IMG/VR virus record: IMGVR_UViG_3300035682_000004
From: a virus
Direction: 5' to 3' (one strand)
Length of the DNA: 64,000 nt
Shown in pieces: positions 1 to 11,000 of the stretch. The translations under genes were made by a program, and so were the position numbers. Under the pieces are notes generated by a model. It was not told where the DNA came from. It saw only the letters and a program-made list of their open reading frames with translations, and ran no database searches. Numbering within the stretch: the first letter of the stretch is position 1; each line of letters begins with the position of its first letter.

Positions 1-2
1 TA

Positions 3-1658
3 AATGGTGTTATTATAGCAGTAACTGGTAGCCCAGCACCTGCAAACACAACAAATACAATTTTTGTAGCTTCAGGTTCAACACCAGCAAATACTATCAC
101 AGCAATTGTAGCAGCATTTAATGTTAGTAAATCTATTGCTCCATATAGTGCTTCATTACAGTATATAACTTCAAGTGTATCAGCATCAACAGGTATATTC
201 TTTAATACAGTTAGTCCAGTTGGACCAGCTGGAGATTTATACTATGTAACTTCAGGAAGTACTACATCATACTTTACAGGTGGTTCAGGTGCTACAGCAT
301 TTGTTTTAACTACATTATCTGAAGGTATTATTATGAACAGTTCTTCATCAATAGATATAAGTGGTTCATTAGCTTCAGGTTCAGCAGATAATATTAGATA
401 TCAAATTTTAAATTCTGATACAGCTTCTGGAACATTTAGTTTATTAATTCGTCAAGGTAATGATAATACAAATAATCCAATTGTATTAGAAACTTGGACT
501 GGATTATCATTAGATCCATTTGCTGCTAATTTTATTTCAAGAGTACTTGGAGATCAAGATCAAAATTATAACCCAACAACAAATCAAATTGAAGTATCTG
601 GTTCTTACTTTAACGCTTCACGTTATGTAAGAGTTTCAGCAGTTAATACTCCAACTCCATATTATTTTGATAATACAGGGGTAGCTAAATCACAATACAC
701 ATCATCAATTCCATTTAACTCAAGTGGTTCATTTACAGGTGGTGTAGGACAAGTAGCAGCAGGAGCTAATTTTTACGAAACTATTAATGGTACAAATACA
801 CAAGGTTTAGTAGGTGCAGATTATAATAATATGATCAACTTATTAGCTAACCAAGATGAATACAAATTTAACATCTTATTTGCTCCAGGATTATATAACT
901 CAGGATATACATCACAATGTACATCAATGATTAATAATACTCAAACAAGAGGAGATAGTTTATTTGTATTAGACTTAGTACCTTATAACACTACTATTTC
1001 AACAGTAACATCTCAAGCTAATTCAAGAAATACTTCATACGCGGCTTCATACTGGCCTTGGGTTCAAATGATTGATCCTGCTACAGGAAAGAATGTTTGG
1101 GTTCCAGCATCAACAGTAATGGCAGGTGTGTTTGCATTTAATGATACAGTAGCTGAGCCTTGGTTTGCACCAGCAGGTATTAACAGAGGTGGATTACAAG
1201 TAATTAGAGCAGAACAAAAATTACCACAAACAAGTAGAGATACTTTATATACAAACAAAGTAAATCCTATTGCTACATTCCCTGGAACAGGTACAGTAGT
1301 ATATGGTCAGAAAACATTACAAACTCAAGCATCAGCTTTAGATAGAGTAAATGTTAGAAGATTGTTAATTGCTCTTAAGAACTATATTTCACAAATTGCT
1401 AATACATTAGTATTTGAACAAAATTCAACAGCAACAAGAAACGTATTCTTATCACAAGTAAATCCATACTTAGAATCAGTTCAACAAAAACAAGGTTTAT
1501 ACGCGTTTAGAGTAATTATGAATGAAACAAATAATACAGCAGACGTAATTGATAGAAATGAGTTAATCGGACAAATTTATATCCAACCTACAAGAACAGC
1601 TGAATTTATTTACTTAGATTTCAACATCTTACCTACAGGAGCAACATTCCCAGCGTAA
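3..1658 (+). CDS. Contractile tail sheath protein (5'-truncated by window edge)
   Basis: Frame is open from position 3, upstream of the listed ATG at 333. C-terminal sheath motifs PWFAPAGINRG, VNPIATFPG, VYGQKTLQ, DRVNVRRL. Confidence 0.95.
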   Translation, partial: NGVIIAVTGSPAPANTTNTIFVASGSTPANTITAIVAAFNVSKSIAPYSASLQYITSSVSASTGIFFNTVSPVGPAGDLYYVTSGSTTSYFTGGSGATAFVLTTLSEGIIMNSSSSIDISGSLASGSADNIRYQILNSDTASGTFSLLIRQGNDNTNNPIVLETWTGLSLDPFAANFISRVLGDQDQNYNPTTNQIEVSGSYFNASRYVRVSAVNTPTPYYFDNTGVAKSQYTSSIPFNSSGSFTGGVGQVAAGANFYETINGTNTQGLVGADYNNMINLLANQDEYKFNILFAPGLYNSGYTSQCTSMINNTQTRGDSLFVLDLVPYNTTISTVTSQANSRNTSYAASYWPWVQMIDPATGKNVWVPASTVMAGVFAFNDTVAEPWFAPAGINRGGLQVIRAEQKLPQTSRDTLYTNKVNPIATFPGTGTVVYGQKTLQTQASALDRVNVRRLLIALKNYISQIANTLVFEQNSTATRNVFLSQVNPYLESVQQKQGLYAFRVIMNETNNTADVIDRNELIGQIYIQPTRTAEFIYLDFNILPTGATFPA

Positions 1659-1673
1659 GGATTAAATTAAATA

Positions 1674-1682
1674 ATATTTATA
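1674..1682 (+). promoter_or_regulatory. Putative late promoter ATATTTATA
   Basis: Intergenic, before tail tube; same motif recurs before other structural genes. Confidence 0.6.
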
Positions 1683-1709
1683 ATAAAGAATAAATAACAA
1701 AAAATAAAC

Positions 1710-2198
1710 ATGGCAGTATTAGATCCAAACGAAATATTTTTCACAGCGTTCGAACCGAAACAACAGAACCGTTTCATTTTATACATGGATGGTATTCCAG
1801 CGTATATTATCAAAGGAGTAAATGCGGTAACGTTAACACAAGATACAGTAGTATTAAACCACATTAACGTTCAACGCTTTGTAAAAGGTAAAAGTAAATG
1901 GGGTGAAATTCAAATGACATTATTTGACCCTATCACTCCTTCAGGAGCTCAGGCAGTAATGGAATGGGTGCGTTTACATCACGAATCAGTAACTGGTAGA
2001 GATGGTTATAGTGATTTCTATAAGAAAGACTTAACATTAGACGTATTAGGACCAGTAGGTGATATCGTTTCAGAATGGATTATTAAAGGTGCTATTATTA
2101 CAAATGCAAACTTTGGAGATTACAGTTGGGATAACGAGTCAGCGGCTCAAAATATCCAATTAACTGTACAACCAGATTATTGTATCTTAAATTTCTAA
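1710..2198 (+). CDS. Tail tube protein (T4 gp19-like)
   Basis: Follows sheath; FEPKQQNRF, WVRLHHESVTGRDGY and YKKD motifs; 162 aa. Confidence 0.9.
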   Translation: MAVLDPNEIFFTAFEPKQQNRFILYMDGIPAYIIKGVNAVTLTQDTVVLNHINVQRFVKGKSKWGEIQMTLFDPITPSGAQAVMEWVRLHHESVTGRDGYSDFYKKDLTLDVLGPVGDIVSEWIIKGAIITNANFGDYSWDNESAAQNIQLTVQPDYCILNF

Positions 2199-2230
2199 AC
2201 CTCCCCCTCCCGAAATACAGGATTAAGATG

Positions 2231-2260
2231 GCTCGCCTTTTGGTGAGCTTCTTTTTTCTT
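2231..2260 (+). terminator. Rho-independent terminator
   Basis: GCTCGCC-TTTT-GGTGAGC stem followed by TTCTTTTTTCTT. Confidence 0.8.
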
Positions 2261-2263
2261 CAT

Positions 2264-2272
2264 ATATTTATA
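2264..2272 (+). promoter_or_regulatory. Putative late promoter ATATTTATA
   Basis: Directly after terminator, before tail chaperone. Confidence 0.6.
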
Positions 2273-2304
2273 TATATAAACATAGTTATAAACAAATCAA
2301 ATTT

Positions 2305-3057
2305 ATGGAAGAAAACAAATTTAAGGTCCCAACCGAAACTATAGAACTACCGTCACAAGGACTTCTATATCCCGAATCACACCCGTTATCAAGCGGTAAA
2401 CTTGAAATGAAATATATGACAGCGAGAGAAGAAGATATTCTAACTAACTCGGCTTATATCAAACAAGGTACAGTAATTGATAAATTATTACAATCATTAA
2501 TTGTTACTAAATTTGATTATAATGATTTGTTAGTAGGTGATAAAAACTCATTAATGATTGCTGCTCGTGTATTAGCATATGGTAAAGATTATGAATTTAA
2601 TTATGATGGAACAGAACAAAAAGTTGATTTATCATTATTAAACCCAAAACCAGTATCACCAGAAGTAAAAGCAAGTAAAGGAGCTAATATGTTTAATTAT
2701 ACTTTACCTGATTCAGGTAATGTAATTACATTTAAATTATTAACTCACGGTGACGAACAAAAAATTGATGCTGAAGTAAAAGGTTTAAAAAAATTAAACA
2801 AAGACGCATCAAATGAAGGTATAGTAAGACTATGTCATATGATTACAGCTGTTAATGGTGACTCAGAAACTAAATCAATTCGTGATTTTATTAATAATTA
2901 CTTATTAGCTAAAGAAGCTAGAGCATTTAGACAACATTACGCATCTATATCACCAGACATTGATTTAACTACATCAGTTACTAATTCTAGAGGTGCAGAG
3001 GAGGACATCGAAGTTCCTATTACTATTAACTTTTTTTGGCCTGACGCCCGAGTATAG
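2305..3057 (+). CDS. Tail/baseplate hub assembly chaperone (T4 gp26-like, lambda G analogue)
   Basis: ELPSQG, MTAREEDIL, GDKNSLMIAAR motifs; lies between tube and tape measure. Confidence 0.8.
   Translation: MEENKFKVPTETIELPSQGLLYPESHPLSSGKLEMKYMTAREEDILTNSAYIKQGTVIDKLLQSLIVTKFDYNDLLVGDKNSLMIAARVLAYGKDYEFNYDGTEQKVDLSLLNPKPVSPEVKASKGANMFNYTLPDSGNVITFKLLTHGDEQKIDAEVKGLKKLNKDASNEGIVRLCHMITAVNGDSETKSIRDFINNYLLAKEARAFRQHYASISPDIDLTTSVTNSRGAEEDIEVPITINFFWPDARV
3031..3037 (+). other. Candidate programmed frameshift site (T7 run, +1/-2)
   Basis: AAC TTT TTT TGG in frame 0; the +1 frame reads TTT TTT GGC into the downstream ORF. Confidence 0.6.
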
Positions 3058-3292
3058 ATTCTCTTTATTCACAGAAATACATGAAATAGTATTTCATGGT
3101 AATGGTGGATATGATTGGCATACAATATATAATATGCCTATATGGTTAAGAAAATTTACATTTAATAAACTTAAAGACCATTATTCTCCTAAAAAAGATG
3201 ATGTTGTTGATGAGTCAATTAAAAATATGAAATTAGCATCTAAAATTCCAATACAAACACCAACATACAGTACAAGGGCATCTAAAAAATAG
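3032..3292 (+). CDS. Tail chaperone extension (T4 gp51-like, lambda T analogue), probably reached by frameshift
   Basis: Listed start is a GTG at 2993 inside the upstream gene; the conserved-looking part (EIHEIVFHG..YNMPIWLR) begins right after the T7 run. Confidence 0.65.
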   Translation, partial: FFGLTPEYRFSLFTEIHEIVFHGNGGYDWHTIYNMPIWLRKFTFNKLKDHYSPKKDDVVDESIKNMKLASKIPIQTPTYSTRASKK

Positions 3293-3300
3293 ATGCCTTT
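3274..3300 (+). terminator. Hairpin at end of chaperone extension
   Basis: AAGGGCATCTA-AAAAA-TAGATGCCTTT inverted repeat; short U tract. Confidence 0.5.
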
Positions 3301-3301
3301 G

Positions 3302-3310
3302 ATATTTATA
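3302..3310 (+). promoter_or_regulatory. Putative late promoter ATATTTATA
   Basis: Upstream of tape measure gene. Confidence 0.6.
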
Positions 3311-3326
3311 ACAAAATAACCTAATA

Positions 3327-5588
3327 ATGGCAGATAAGTTTAAAGGTTTAGATAAAGAAACATTAGCTTCAGCATTGGATATAAAAAATTCAATGAAGGA
3401 TATTGGAATAGCTACCCAAGATCTAAACAAAAGACTTCAACGTACAAATAGTATATTAGTTGATGTTGGTTCTGAATTTAATAAAATATCAAAAGCAGCA
3501 AATAATGTAGCTGATTTACAAGAAAAAGCTAAAAAATCATCTACAGCAACTAAAGATGCGTTTACTGAGCAAATTAAACAATTAAATATTGTTAAAACTC
3601 TTAATATTCAAATTGATAATTTATATAGAGCATCAAAAACTACATTAAAAGGTGAAATTAAAGCTAATTTAGAATTACAAGCAAAAAATCTATCAGCCGC
3701 TAGAGATAACGCTCAAGCATTAGCTAATGATTTTAAATCAATAGCAGAAAGTTCAGCTGAATTATCTAATTCAACTCTTATATTTAGTACTTTAGCAGAA
3801 GTCGCATCAAGTGCTAAAGGATTAAAAACATTTGCCGCTCCTTTTGAAGCAGCAGCTGAAGCATCACGAAAACAAGTACTAGAAAATGCTAAAAGCTTAA
3901 GTATTAAAGAAAGATTAAAAGAATTAACAGAAGAAGAATTAGCAACTGGTAAAGGTTTAACTAAACAAAGAATACAAGATCTAGGTTTACAAGATATAGT
4001 AGGTAAGAGAGCAGGACCTGCAGCCGCTAACTTACTTAAGACAGCGCAAGCAACAGCTAAAACTCAGTCAGTTGGTATAGCTGGTCTATCAGCTGGTTTT
4101 AAAGCCTTAGGTCCAATAATATCAAAAGTATTAGGTCCTGTAGGTGCAATTTTAAAACTTGTAGAAATTTTTAATTTCTTTAAAGATGCTATGTTTGAAG
4201 CTGATAAACGTGTAACAGGTATAGCTAAAAATTTAAGTGTAAGTAAAGATGTATCTCGAGCTATATATAGAAGTTTTATAGACTCAAAGTCAGTATTAAC
4301 TACCCAATTATCTACTACTAAAAATATAGTTGAAGCTTTTAATGAATTATCAGACTTATCTAATTTTGTTACTTTAGCAAATACTAAACAATTAGATACT
4401 CAAATAATATTAACTAAAGAAATAGGTGTATCTAAAGAAGCGGCTTTAGGATTTCAATCAACTTTAGCTGTTAGTAATATAGAAGCTGATAAAGGTTTAA
4501 GTATTGTTTTTGATCAAATAGCAGCATTTGCTAATCAAAATAAAATTGTAGCTGATGGTAGAAAAACATTTGAAGAAATAAATAAAACTAGTAAATTAAC
4601 TCAACTTAACTTTAGAGGTGGTTTTGAATCATTAGTAAAAACTACTTTACAAGCTAATAAATTAGGTTTAACTTTAGATCAAGTAAGTAAAGTAGGAAGT
4701 TCATTATTAAATTTTGAATCATCTATATCTGCAGAACTTGAAGCTGAATTATTAACAGGTAAAAATATTAATTTAGAAAAAGCAAGATTATTTGCTTTAA
4801 ATCATGATATTGCTGGATTAACACAAGAAATAGCGAACCAAGGTATAACTGCTGAAAAGTTTACAGCTATGAATGTTATCCAACAGGAAGCTATAGCTAA
4901 AGCTTTAGGTATGCAAGCTAGTGAATTAGGTGAATCTTTATATAATCAAAAATTAATTGAACAAACATCTCAAAATTTTACTAAAGAATTAAGAGCTCGA
5001 GCGGCGGAAGAAGGTAAACTTGGTCATTTGCAAGAAGAAAGATTATTAATGCAAAGAGCTGAAGGTATTGAAAAAGGTTTAATACAAGGTAAAGATTTAG
5101 AAGCAGCTAAACGCTCATTAGATGTCCAAACTCAATTTGATACTGCTTTAGAACAAGCAAAAGAAATATTTAGTGATTTTGTTGATGGTGAAGCATTAAG
5201 TAATTTTGCTAAAGTTTTAACTTCATTTGTAAAATCAGTTCAAACAAAAGGTTTATTCCTTACATTAACTACAGGTATTAGTGATTCTGCGCAACTTGAA
5301 GCACAAGCTATGTTTTCTAATGAAGGTGAAAATAAACCTTATGGAGATTCATCACAACCTCCTATAATACAAACACCTACAATAGTTACTACTCAACCAT
5401 TAATAGCACCAAATACAACAACAAAAACTACAACAATTAATACTGTTAGTGATCCATTAGAAGCAAAAGCAGCGGAAACTAATAAATTATTAACTGAATT
5501 AATATCACAAGTAAAACAAGGTGGAAATGTGTACATTGATAGTAAAATGGCTGGAACAGCTACAGCTCAAGGTACATACAGATTATAA
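3327..5588 (+). CDS. Tape measure protein
   Basis: 753 aa, Ala/Lys/Leu-rich helical protein after chaperones; LLNFESSISAELEAELLTGKNINLEKAR segment. Confidence 0.85.
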   Translation: MADKFKGLDKETLASALDIKNSMKDIGIATQDLNKRLQRTNSILVDVGSEFNKISKAANNVADLQEKAKKSSTATKDAFTEQIKQLNIVKTLNIQIDNLYRASKTTLKGEIKANLELQAKNLSAARDNAQALANDFKSIAESSAELSNSTLIFSTLAEVASSAKGLKTFAAPFEAAAEASRKQVLENAKSLSIKERLKELTEEELATGKGLTKQRIQDLGLQDIVGKRAGPAAANLLKTAQATAKTQSVGIAGLSAGFKALGPIISKVLGPVGAILKLVEIFNFFKDAMFEADKRVTGIAKNLSVSKDVSRAIYRSFIDSKSVLTTQLSTTKNIVEAFNELSDLSNFVTLANTKQLDTQIILTKEIGVSKEAALGFQSTLAVSNIEADKGLSIVFDQIAAFANQNKIVADGRKTFEEINKTSKLTQLNFRGGFESLVKTTLQANKLGLTLDQVSKVGSSLLNFESSISAELEAELLTGKNINLEKARLFALNHDIAGLTQEIANQGITAEKFTAMNVIQQEAIAKALGMQASELGESLYNQKLIEQTSQNFTKELRARAAEEGKLGHLQEERLLMQRAEGIEKGLIQGKDLEAAKRSLDVQTQFDTALEQAKEIFSDFVDGEALSNFAKVLTSFVKSVQTKGLFLTLTTGISDSAQLEAQAMFSNEGENKPYGDSSQPPIIQTPTIVTTQPLIAPNTTTKTTTINTVSDPLEAKAAETNKLLTELISQVKQGGNVYIDSKMAGTATAQGTYRL

Positions 5589-5595
5589 TAAATTA

Positions 5596-5604
5596 ATATT
5601 TATA
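5596..5604 (+). promoter_or_regulatory. Putative late promoter ATATTTATA
   Basis: Intergenic, before 5627 gene. Confidence 0.6.
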
Positions 5605-5626
5605 ATAAAATTAAAAACATAAAATT

Positions 5627-5896
5627 ATGAGCTTATTAGACAAATTAAAAACACAAGGTTCAAACCAAAGTAAATATGGAGTTAACACTCCACCAGTTAA
5701 TCCATTAGCAACTAAAGAATCAAAAATGCATGCATTTGGAGAAGCACCAGGCTATTCATTAAATGGCGCTTTTAACTCAAATGTAACAAGCGATTACAAT
5801 AAGTATAATGATGGTACATTAAATATATTACCTCGTCCATCAAATCTTGACATCAAAACACCAGCACAAAAATACGTAGACGTTAAACCAGCGTAA
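5627..5896 (+). CDS. Small putative virion protein
   Basis: In tail module, after late motif; stop overlaps next start. Confidence 0.6.
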   Translation: MSLLDKLKTQGSNQSKYGVNTPPVNPLATKESKMHAFGEAPGYSLNGAFNSNVTSDYNKYNDGTLNILPRPSNLDIKTPAQKYVDVKPA

Positions 5897-7788
5897 TGGG
5901 ATTAAGAGATATCTTTACTAACCCCGGTAAATTTGTATTTTACGGAGGGACAGGTTATCCTACACCAAATGTTAACACAGGTGGTGTAAATGGGGTAGAG
6001 CCTTTGTTAACTCTTAAATACGGTAAAGATTCTCCAGGTGCAGGAGCAAGTAGACAACCATTTATAGTAACTCCAATTCCCGGAGCTTCAGCTACTTTTA
6101 ATACTAATGGATTAGTTATAGCTCGTTCAGCTACTGATGTAGAACGTTTAGCTAAATTTTTTACTACTACACCAGGTTTACTTTTTATAGCTAAACAAAA
6201 CGTTTTATCTCAAACAAACGTTAGAACACAAGCTGCTGATTTTCATGAACCTAAAATACAACCAAATAATGGTCCGTATTTACCAACCAATACATTAGCA
6301 CAGGTAGGATTATCAGTAGCTGGTTCTCATTTTTATAAACAAGGTTTATTACCAGATGGTTATTTTTCTCCTAAGTATACTGACGCTGTAAAGACAGATC
6401 AAGAAGTCTTTACTAATAGATTATATAATTTATATTATAATAAAATAGTAGGTACAGGATTAAACAGTATACAAGGTTTACTAAGACCTAAACCTGCCAA
6501 CTCAGTATCTCTATTACCTACAGAAATATTAAATTATAGAGGAGGACCTGGATCATTTTTAGGTGTAGGCTCAACTTCTATACCTTTTGCTTCAGGAGTT
6601 AGAACAGGTATTAATAATCCTTTATATAAAATTAATACTGCTAATCTTCCTCTTCCTAATACTTTTTACGGTTCATTAACAGTAGGAAGTTTAACCGCTG
6701 ATCCAGCAAAAGGATTAGAACAACAAGTAACTTATCAATATCAACCGGTTACTCAATTAGTTGATTTTAGAAATCATTTAAGAAATAACACTTTTTCATC
6801 TATACTATCTAAATCTCCTAATTATGGTGGTAGTCCTGATTATGGTCCTGATGCTAGTATTGAACAAAGAGTATTCTTAGGTGACCCAGGACGTCGTAAT
6901 AAAAATATTATTTCTTATACAGCAGGAGCTATAATTAATGGAGCTAATGAAGCAGAAGCTTTAGATAAAATTAACGCTAAACCATTATATCGTTCTCGTT
7001 TTGTAGATCCTGAGGAAACTAATGATTTAGTTAAATTTAGAATTGAAGCTATTAATAATGATGATCCTGGAGAAGGAGTATTTATACATTTTAGGGCATT
7101 TATAGATTCATTTTCAGATAATTATAATGCTGATTGGTCTTCTACTCAATATATAGGTAGAGGTGAAAAATTTTACACATATAATAATTTTGATAGAACA
7201 ATAAATATGTCTTGGACTGTTGCGGCTCAATCAAAAGATGAACTTATACCAATGTATCAAAAACTAAACTTTTTAGCTTCAAATTTAATGCCTGATTATA
7301 ATAATCAAGGATATATGAGAGGAGCTTTAGTTAGGCTTACTGTAGGAGGATATTTATATTCTCAACCAGGTTTTATAACTAGTTTAACTTATGATATACC
7401 TCAAGAAGCAACTTATGAAATAGGAATTAATGATGTAGGAGAAAGTGATCCATCAGTTAAAGAATTACCTCATATGATTAAAGTATCAACTTTTACCTTT
7501 ACTCCAATACATAATTTTGTTCCAAGAAAACAAACTAACACTTATGGAGGTAAGGATAGATTAGTAGCGACTCTTGTAGATGAAAAAACAAAAAAGGAAA
7601 CACCATATTATGCTAAAAATGTAACAAAATTTGGAGATCAAAGATTTATAGCATTAGCAGCAGGTGCAGGTAAAGAGAATAATAATTATGATTATAATCC
7701 TTCTATAATCCAACCAAACACAGTTGATTCTCCATTATTAAGAAATCCATTACCAGGAAATCAATTTAATTCCTCTAATATAGCATAA
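5896..7788 (+). CDS. Putative baseplate/tail-tube initiator protein
   Basis: C-terminal tube-like region (FRAFIDSFSDNYNADW..YIGRGEKFYTY..LTVGGY); position in tail module. Confidence 0.6.
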   Translation: MGLRDIFTNPGKFVFYGGTGYPTPNVNTGGVNGVEPLLTLKYGKDSPGAGASRQPFIVTPIPGASATFNTNGLVIARSATDVERLAKFFTTTPGLLFIAKQNVLSQTNVRTQAADFHEPKIQPNNGPYLPTNTLAQVGLSVAGSHFYKQGLLPDGYFSPKYTDAVKTDQEVFTNRLYNLYYNKIVGTGLNSIQGLLRPKPANSVSLLPTEILNYRGGPGSFLGVGSTSIPFASGVRTGINNPLYKINTANLPLPNTFYGSLTVGSLTADPAKGLEQQVTYQYQPVTQLVDFRNHLRNNTFSSILSKSPNYGGSPDYGPDASIEQRVFLGDPGRRNKNIISYTAGAIINGANEAEALDKINAKPLYRSRFVDPEETNDLVKFRIEAINNDDPGEGVFIHFRAFIDSFSDNYNADWSSTQYIGRGEKFYTYNNFDRTINMSWTVAAQSKDELIPMYQKLNFLASNLMPDYNNQGYMRGALVRLTVGGYLYSQPGFITSLTYDIPQEATYEIGINDVGESDPSVKELPHMIKVSTFTFTPIHNFVPRKQTNTYGGKDRLVATLVDEKTKKETPYYAKNVTKFGDQRFIALAAGAGKENNNYDYNPSIIQPNTVDSPLLRNPLPGNQFNSSNIA

Positions 7789-7791
7789 TTA

Positions 7792-8088
7792 ATGAATAGA
7801 TATATTAATATACCTCAAACAAAAATTAAAGGAAAACTAGTTTATAAAACTGTACGTTATCCTGAGGTACCTTTATCTTCAGAAGATATATATGTTTACA
7901 CTCAACAAGGAGATCGTTTTGATGTTTTAGCTAGACAATATTATCAAGATAGTTCTTTATGGTGGGTAATAGCTATAGGTAATCCTCAAGTCACTTTAGG
8001 TAGTTTATTAATACCATCAGGATTACAATTAAGAATACCAGCATTCCCCGCTAATGTTGTAAATGAATATAATACAATAAACAAATAA
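7792..8088 (+). CDS. Baseplate wedge LysM-like protein (T4 gp53/P2 X-like)
   Basis: GDRFDVLARQYYQDSSLWWVIA..LRIP signature. Confidence 0.85.
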   Translation: MNRYINIPQTKIKGKLVYKTVRYPEVPLSSEDIYVYTQQGDRFDVLARQYYQDSSLWWVIAIGNPQVTLGSLLIPSGLQLRIPAFPANVVNEYNTINK

Positions 8089-8089
8089 T

Positions 8090-11000
8090 ATGAATATATT
8101 AGGTGAAGGTTTTAATCCAATAATATCAAAACAAATAGATGTACGCCAAAAATTATTTGGAGCTGGTTTTAACACTAATAATCCAAGAAATCCATCTTTT
8201 ATAAGTTATGCTAGAACACCTACATCTTTTGTAAGGTTAATGTCTTCAGTTTCAATAGGAGATTTAAATACTCTTAACAATCCATACATTCAAACTTTAA
8301 AATTATCTGGTACAGCATTAGCAAAAAAAGCAATTTTATTTGGTGGTATTAAAGAATATGGAGGTACTTTAAAAGGTGGAATAACTGATGTTACTCAAAC
8401 AGGTAATCAAAGTATATTTAATGATTTTGCTTATGGGTGGGGTGGAACAGAGTATGGTTTAAGACCAATGCCTGGTATTCAATCTGCTAATATAAAAAAT
8501 GAAAGTTTAGGTTCTTTAAAAACATCAACAGTACAAATAAAAGCGTGGAATAAATCTCAATTTGAAATAATTGATATTTTATATTTACGTTTAGGATTTT
8601 ATGTTATGTTAGAATGGGGTCATACTGTATATATTAATAACTCTGAAGATCTAATTACAAATGTAACATCATTGGAAAATGAATTTTTTACTAATAATGC
8701 TAACATAGATAATTTACAAAAATCTATAATTAAAAAACGTTATGATAGTTGTGGTAATTATGATGCTATATTAGGTAGAGTAGTTAATTTTAGTTGGACA
8801 TTTAATAAGGATGGTAGTTATGATATAACTCTTTTTATAAGAAGTTTAGGAGATGTTATTGAATCACTTAAAGCTAATGTTTTAACAACATCACCAGAAC
8901 AACTATCTAACAATGATCAAGGAAAAACCCCAGCTAATATTATAAATCCAGTATTAATAATCACACCAACTCCAAATAGTGGAGAATTACAACAACAACA
9001 ACAAAATACAACTAATACACTTAGTCAATCACCATCAAATCAAATAGATCCATCATCTGCTAACATAACTAATTTAAATAATGCATGGAGTAATCAATTA
9101 ATTAATTCACCGAATCCTGATGTTAATAAAAGTAATATTCATGCTCGTTTATATAAATTAAAAAATGAATTAGACCAAAAATATAGTAGTACTGATTATA
9201 GTGCTGCTTCAATATTTACTTATTTAAGTGATAATAAATTACAAGATGTAGCTTTTGCTACATTTCAAGGTAAAGTAGATGATAAGGGAAATTTTGAAAA
9301 AGAATATTATATTCGTTTTGGAGCACTTCTTAGAATTATACAAGGTGAGGTTATACCTACAATATATAAAGGAGCTACCAAATATAAATTACTTAATATA
9401 GATTATGATGAATCTACTAATTTAATAAATTTTATAGATCTTCAAGTAAGTACTGATCCGAGTAAATTATTAATTAAACGAGATATACAATTAAATGATA
9501 TAATTGTTAATACATTTCCTGGTGTTGCTTCTTTTATCACTACTATAGGTACTGAATCATATGGTAAACTTATGAATGTTTACTTAAATTACAATTATGT
9601 ATTTCAAATAATAGAAGGTTTAATCCAAACTCCAGGTTCTAAAGTAGTATTAGTATCTTTTTTACAAAGTTTAGGAGATAGTATTGGTAAATATTTAGGA
9701 GGAATTAATAATATAGTTCCAATAATAGATGAAGATACAAATACTGTTAAATTTATAGACCAAAATTTATTATTTAAAAAGAAATCAGTGTTAGATAGTT
9801 TTGGTTTACCAACAACTCCAGGAGTATTTGATTTATATGGATATAATGCTTTAGGTTCAAGTAGTTCAGGTTCAGCAGGTTTTATTAAAGATTTTAATTT
9901 AAAAACAGAATTAACTCCGGCTTTTGCTAGTATGATTACTATAGCAGCAGCTGCTCGCTCTAAAGTAGTAGGAGAAGATGCTACTGCTTTATCTAGATTA
10001 AATGCTGGTTTAACTAGTAGTTTATTTGAACAAATTAATGATGAGTATATAGCAATTGATATTTCTTCTTCTTTAGATACCCAATATAAGACAACAGTAA
10101 GTGATTATGTTAAGTTTTTAGAGTCTATAAATATGATTCCTACAAGACCAAAATGGGATCCTGCTGCTTTTAATTCTTATAGTTTAGTTTTAAATAATTT
10201 TATAAATTACGCTCAACAATTAAAAGTAGAAGCTACAAGTTCAGCTACTACATCTACTGGTTTTATTCCTATTAATGTTTCATTAAATATGACAGGAATG
10301 TCAGGTATGAAAATTTATCAAGAATTTAATCTTAAAACCGATTTTTTACCTTCAAACTATCAAACTCAAATGAGTTGGCTAATTAAAGGTGTAAACCATA
10401 CTATTGAAAATAATATGTGGAGTACTACTATTGAATCATTATCATTACCTAACACAACAACTAAACCAGATTCTTTTGAAAAATTAGCTAATATAACACT
10501 TTCTAAATTAGCTGATGCAACTAAAATTTATCTTATACCTATATCTTATAAATCTATTGTTGAAAAAATAATAGCACGAGCTAAAGAATTAATTGATGGG
10601 ATAGATAAAGATCGATTAACTGCTATATTAACAGTAGCTCAAGCTGAATCAAATCTTAATGCTTCTAAGACTGAAAGTTTTAAATATGATGTAAGTACAC
10701 CAGAAGGAATAGCTACTGTAAAAACTATATTTAGTAAATTAAAAAATAAAACTGACGAAGAAATCAAAAATATATTTTCAAATTCTCAAACAGCAGCAAC
10801 TTTTTTATATGGAGCTAATGGTTATTTATATAGAGGTAGAGGATTAGCACAAGTAACAGGATTTGATAATTATGAAGCCGCAGATAACTTACTTGAAAGT
10901 TTATACAACTATACAAATCCATATTATGGTAATTTAGTTAAAAAACCTGAAGAAGCATTAATAGAATTCAAAGCTATTGACATTTTAATATTAAGTAAAA

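Noticed and set aside
8990-9004. (CAA)5 microsatellite in hub gene
   Set aside because: Short in-frame Gln run in a low-complexity linker; no phase-variation effect.
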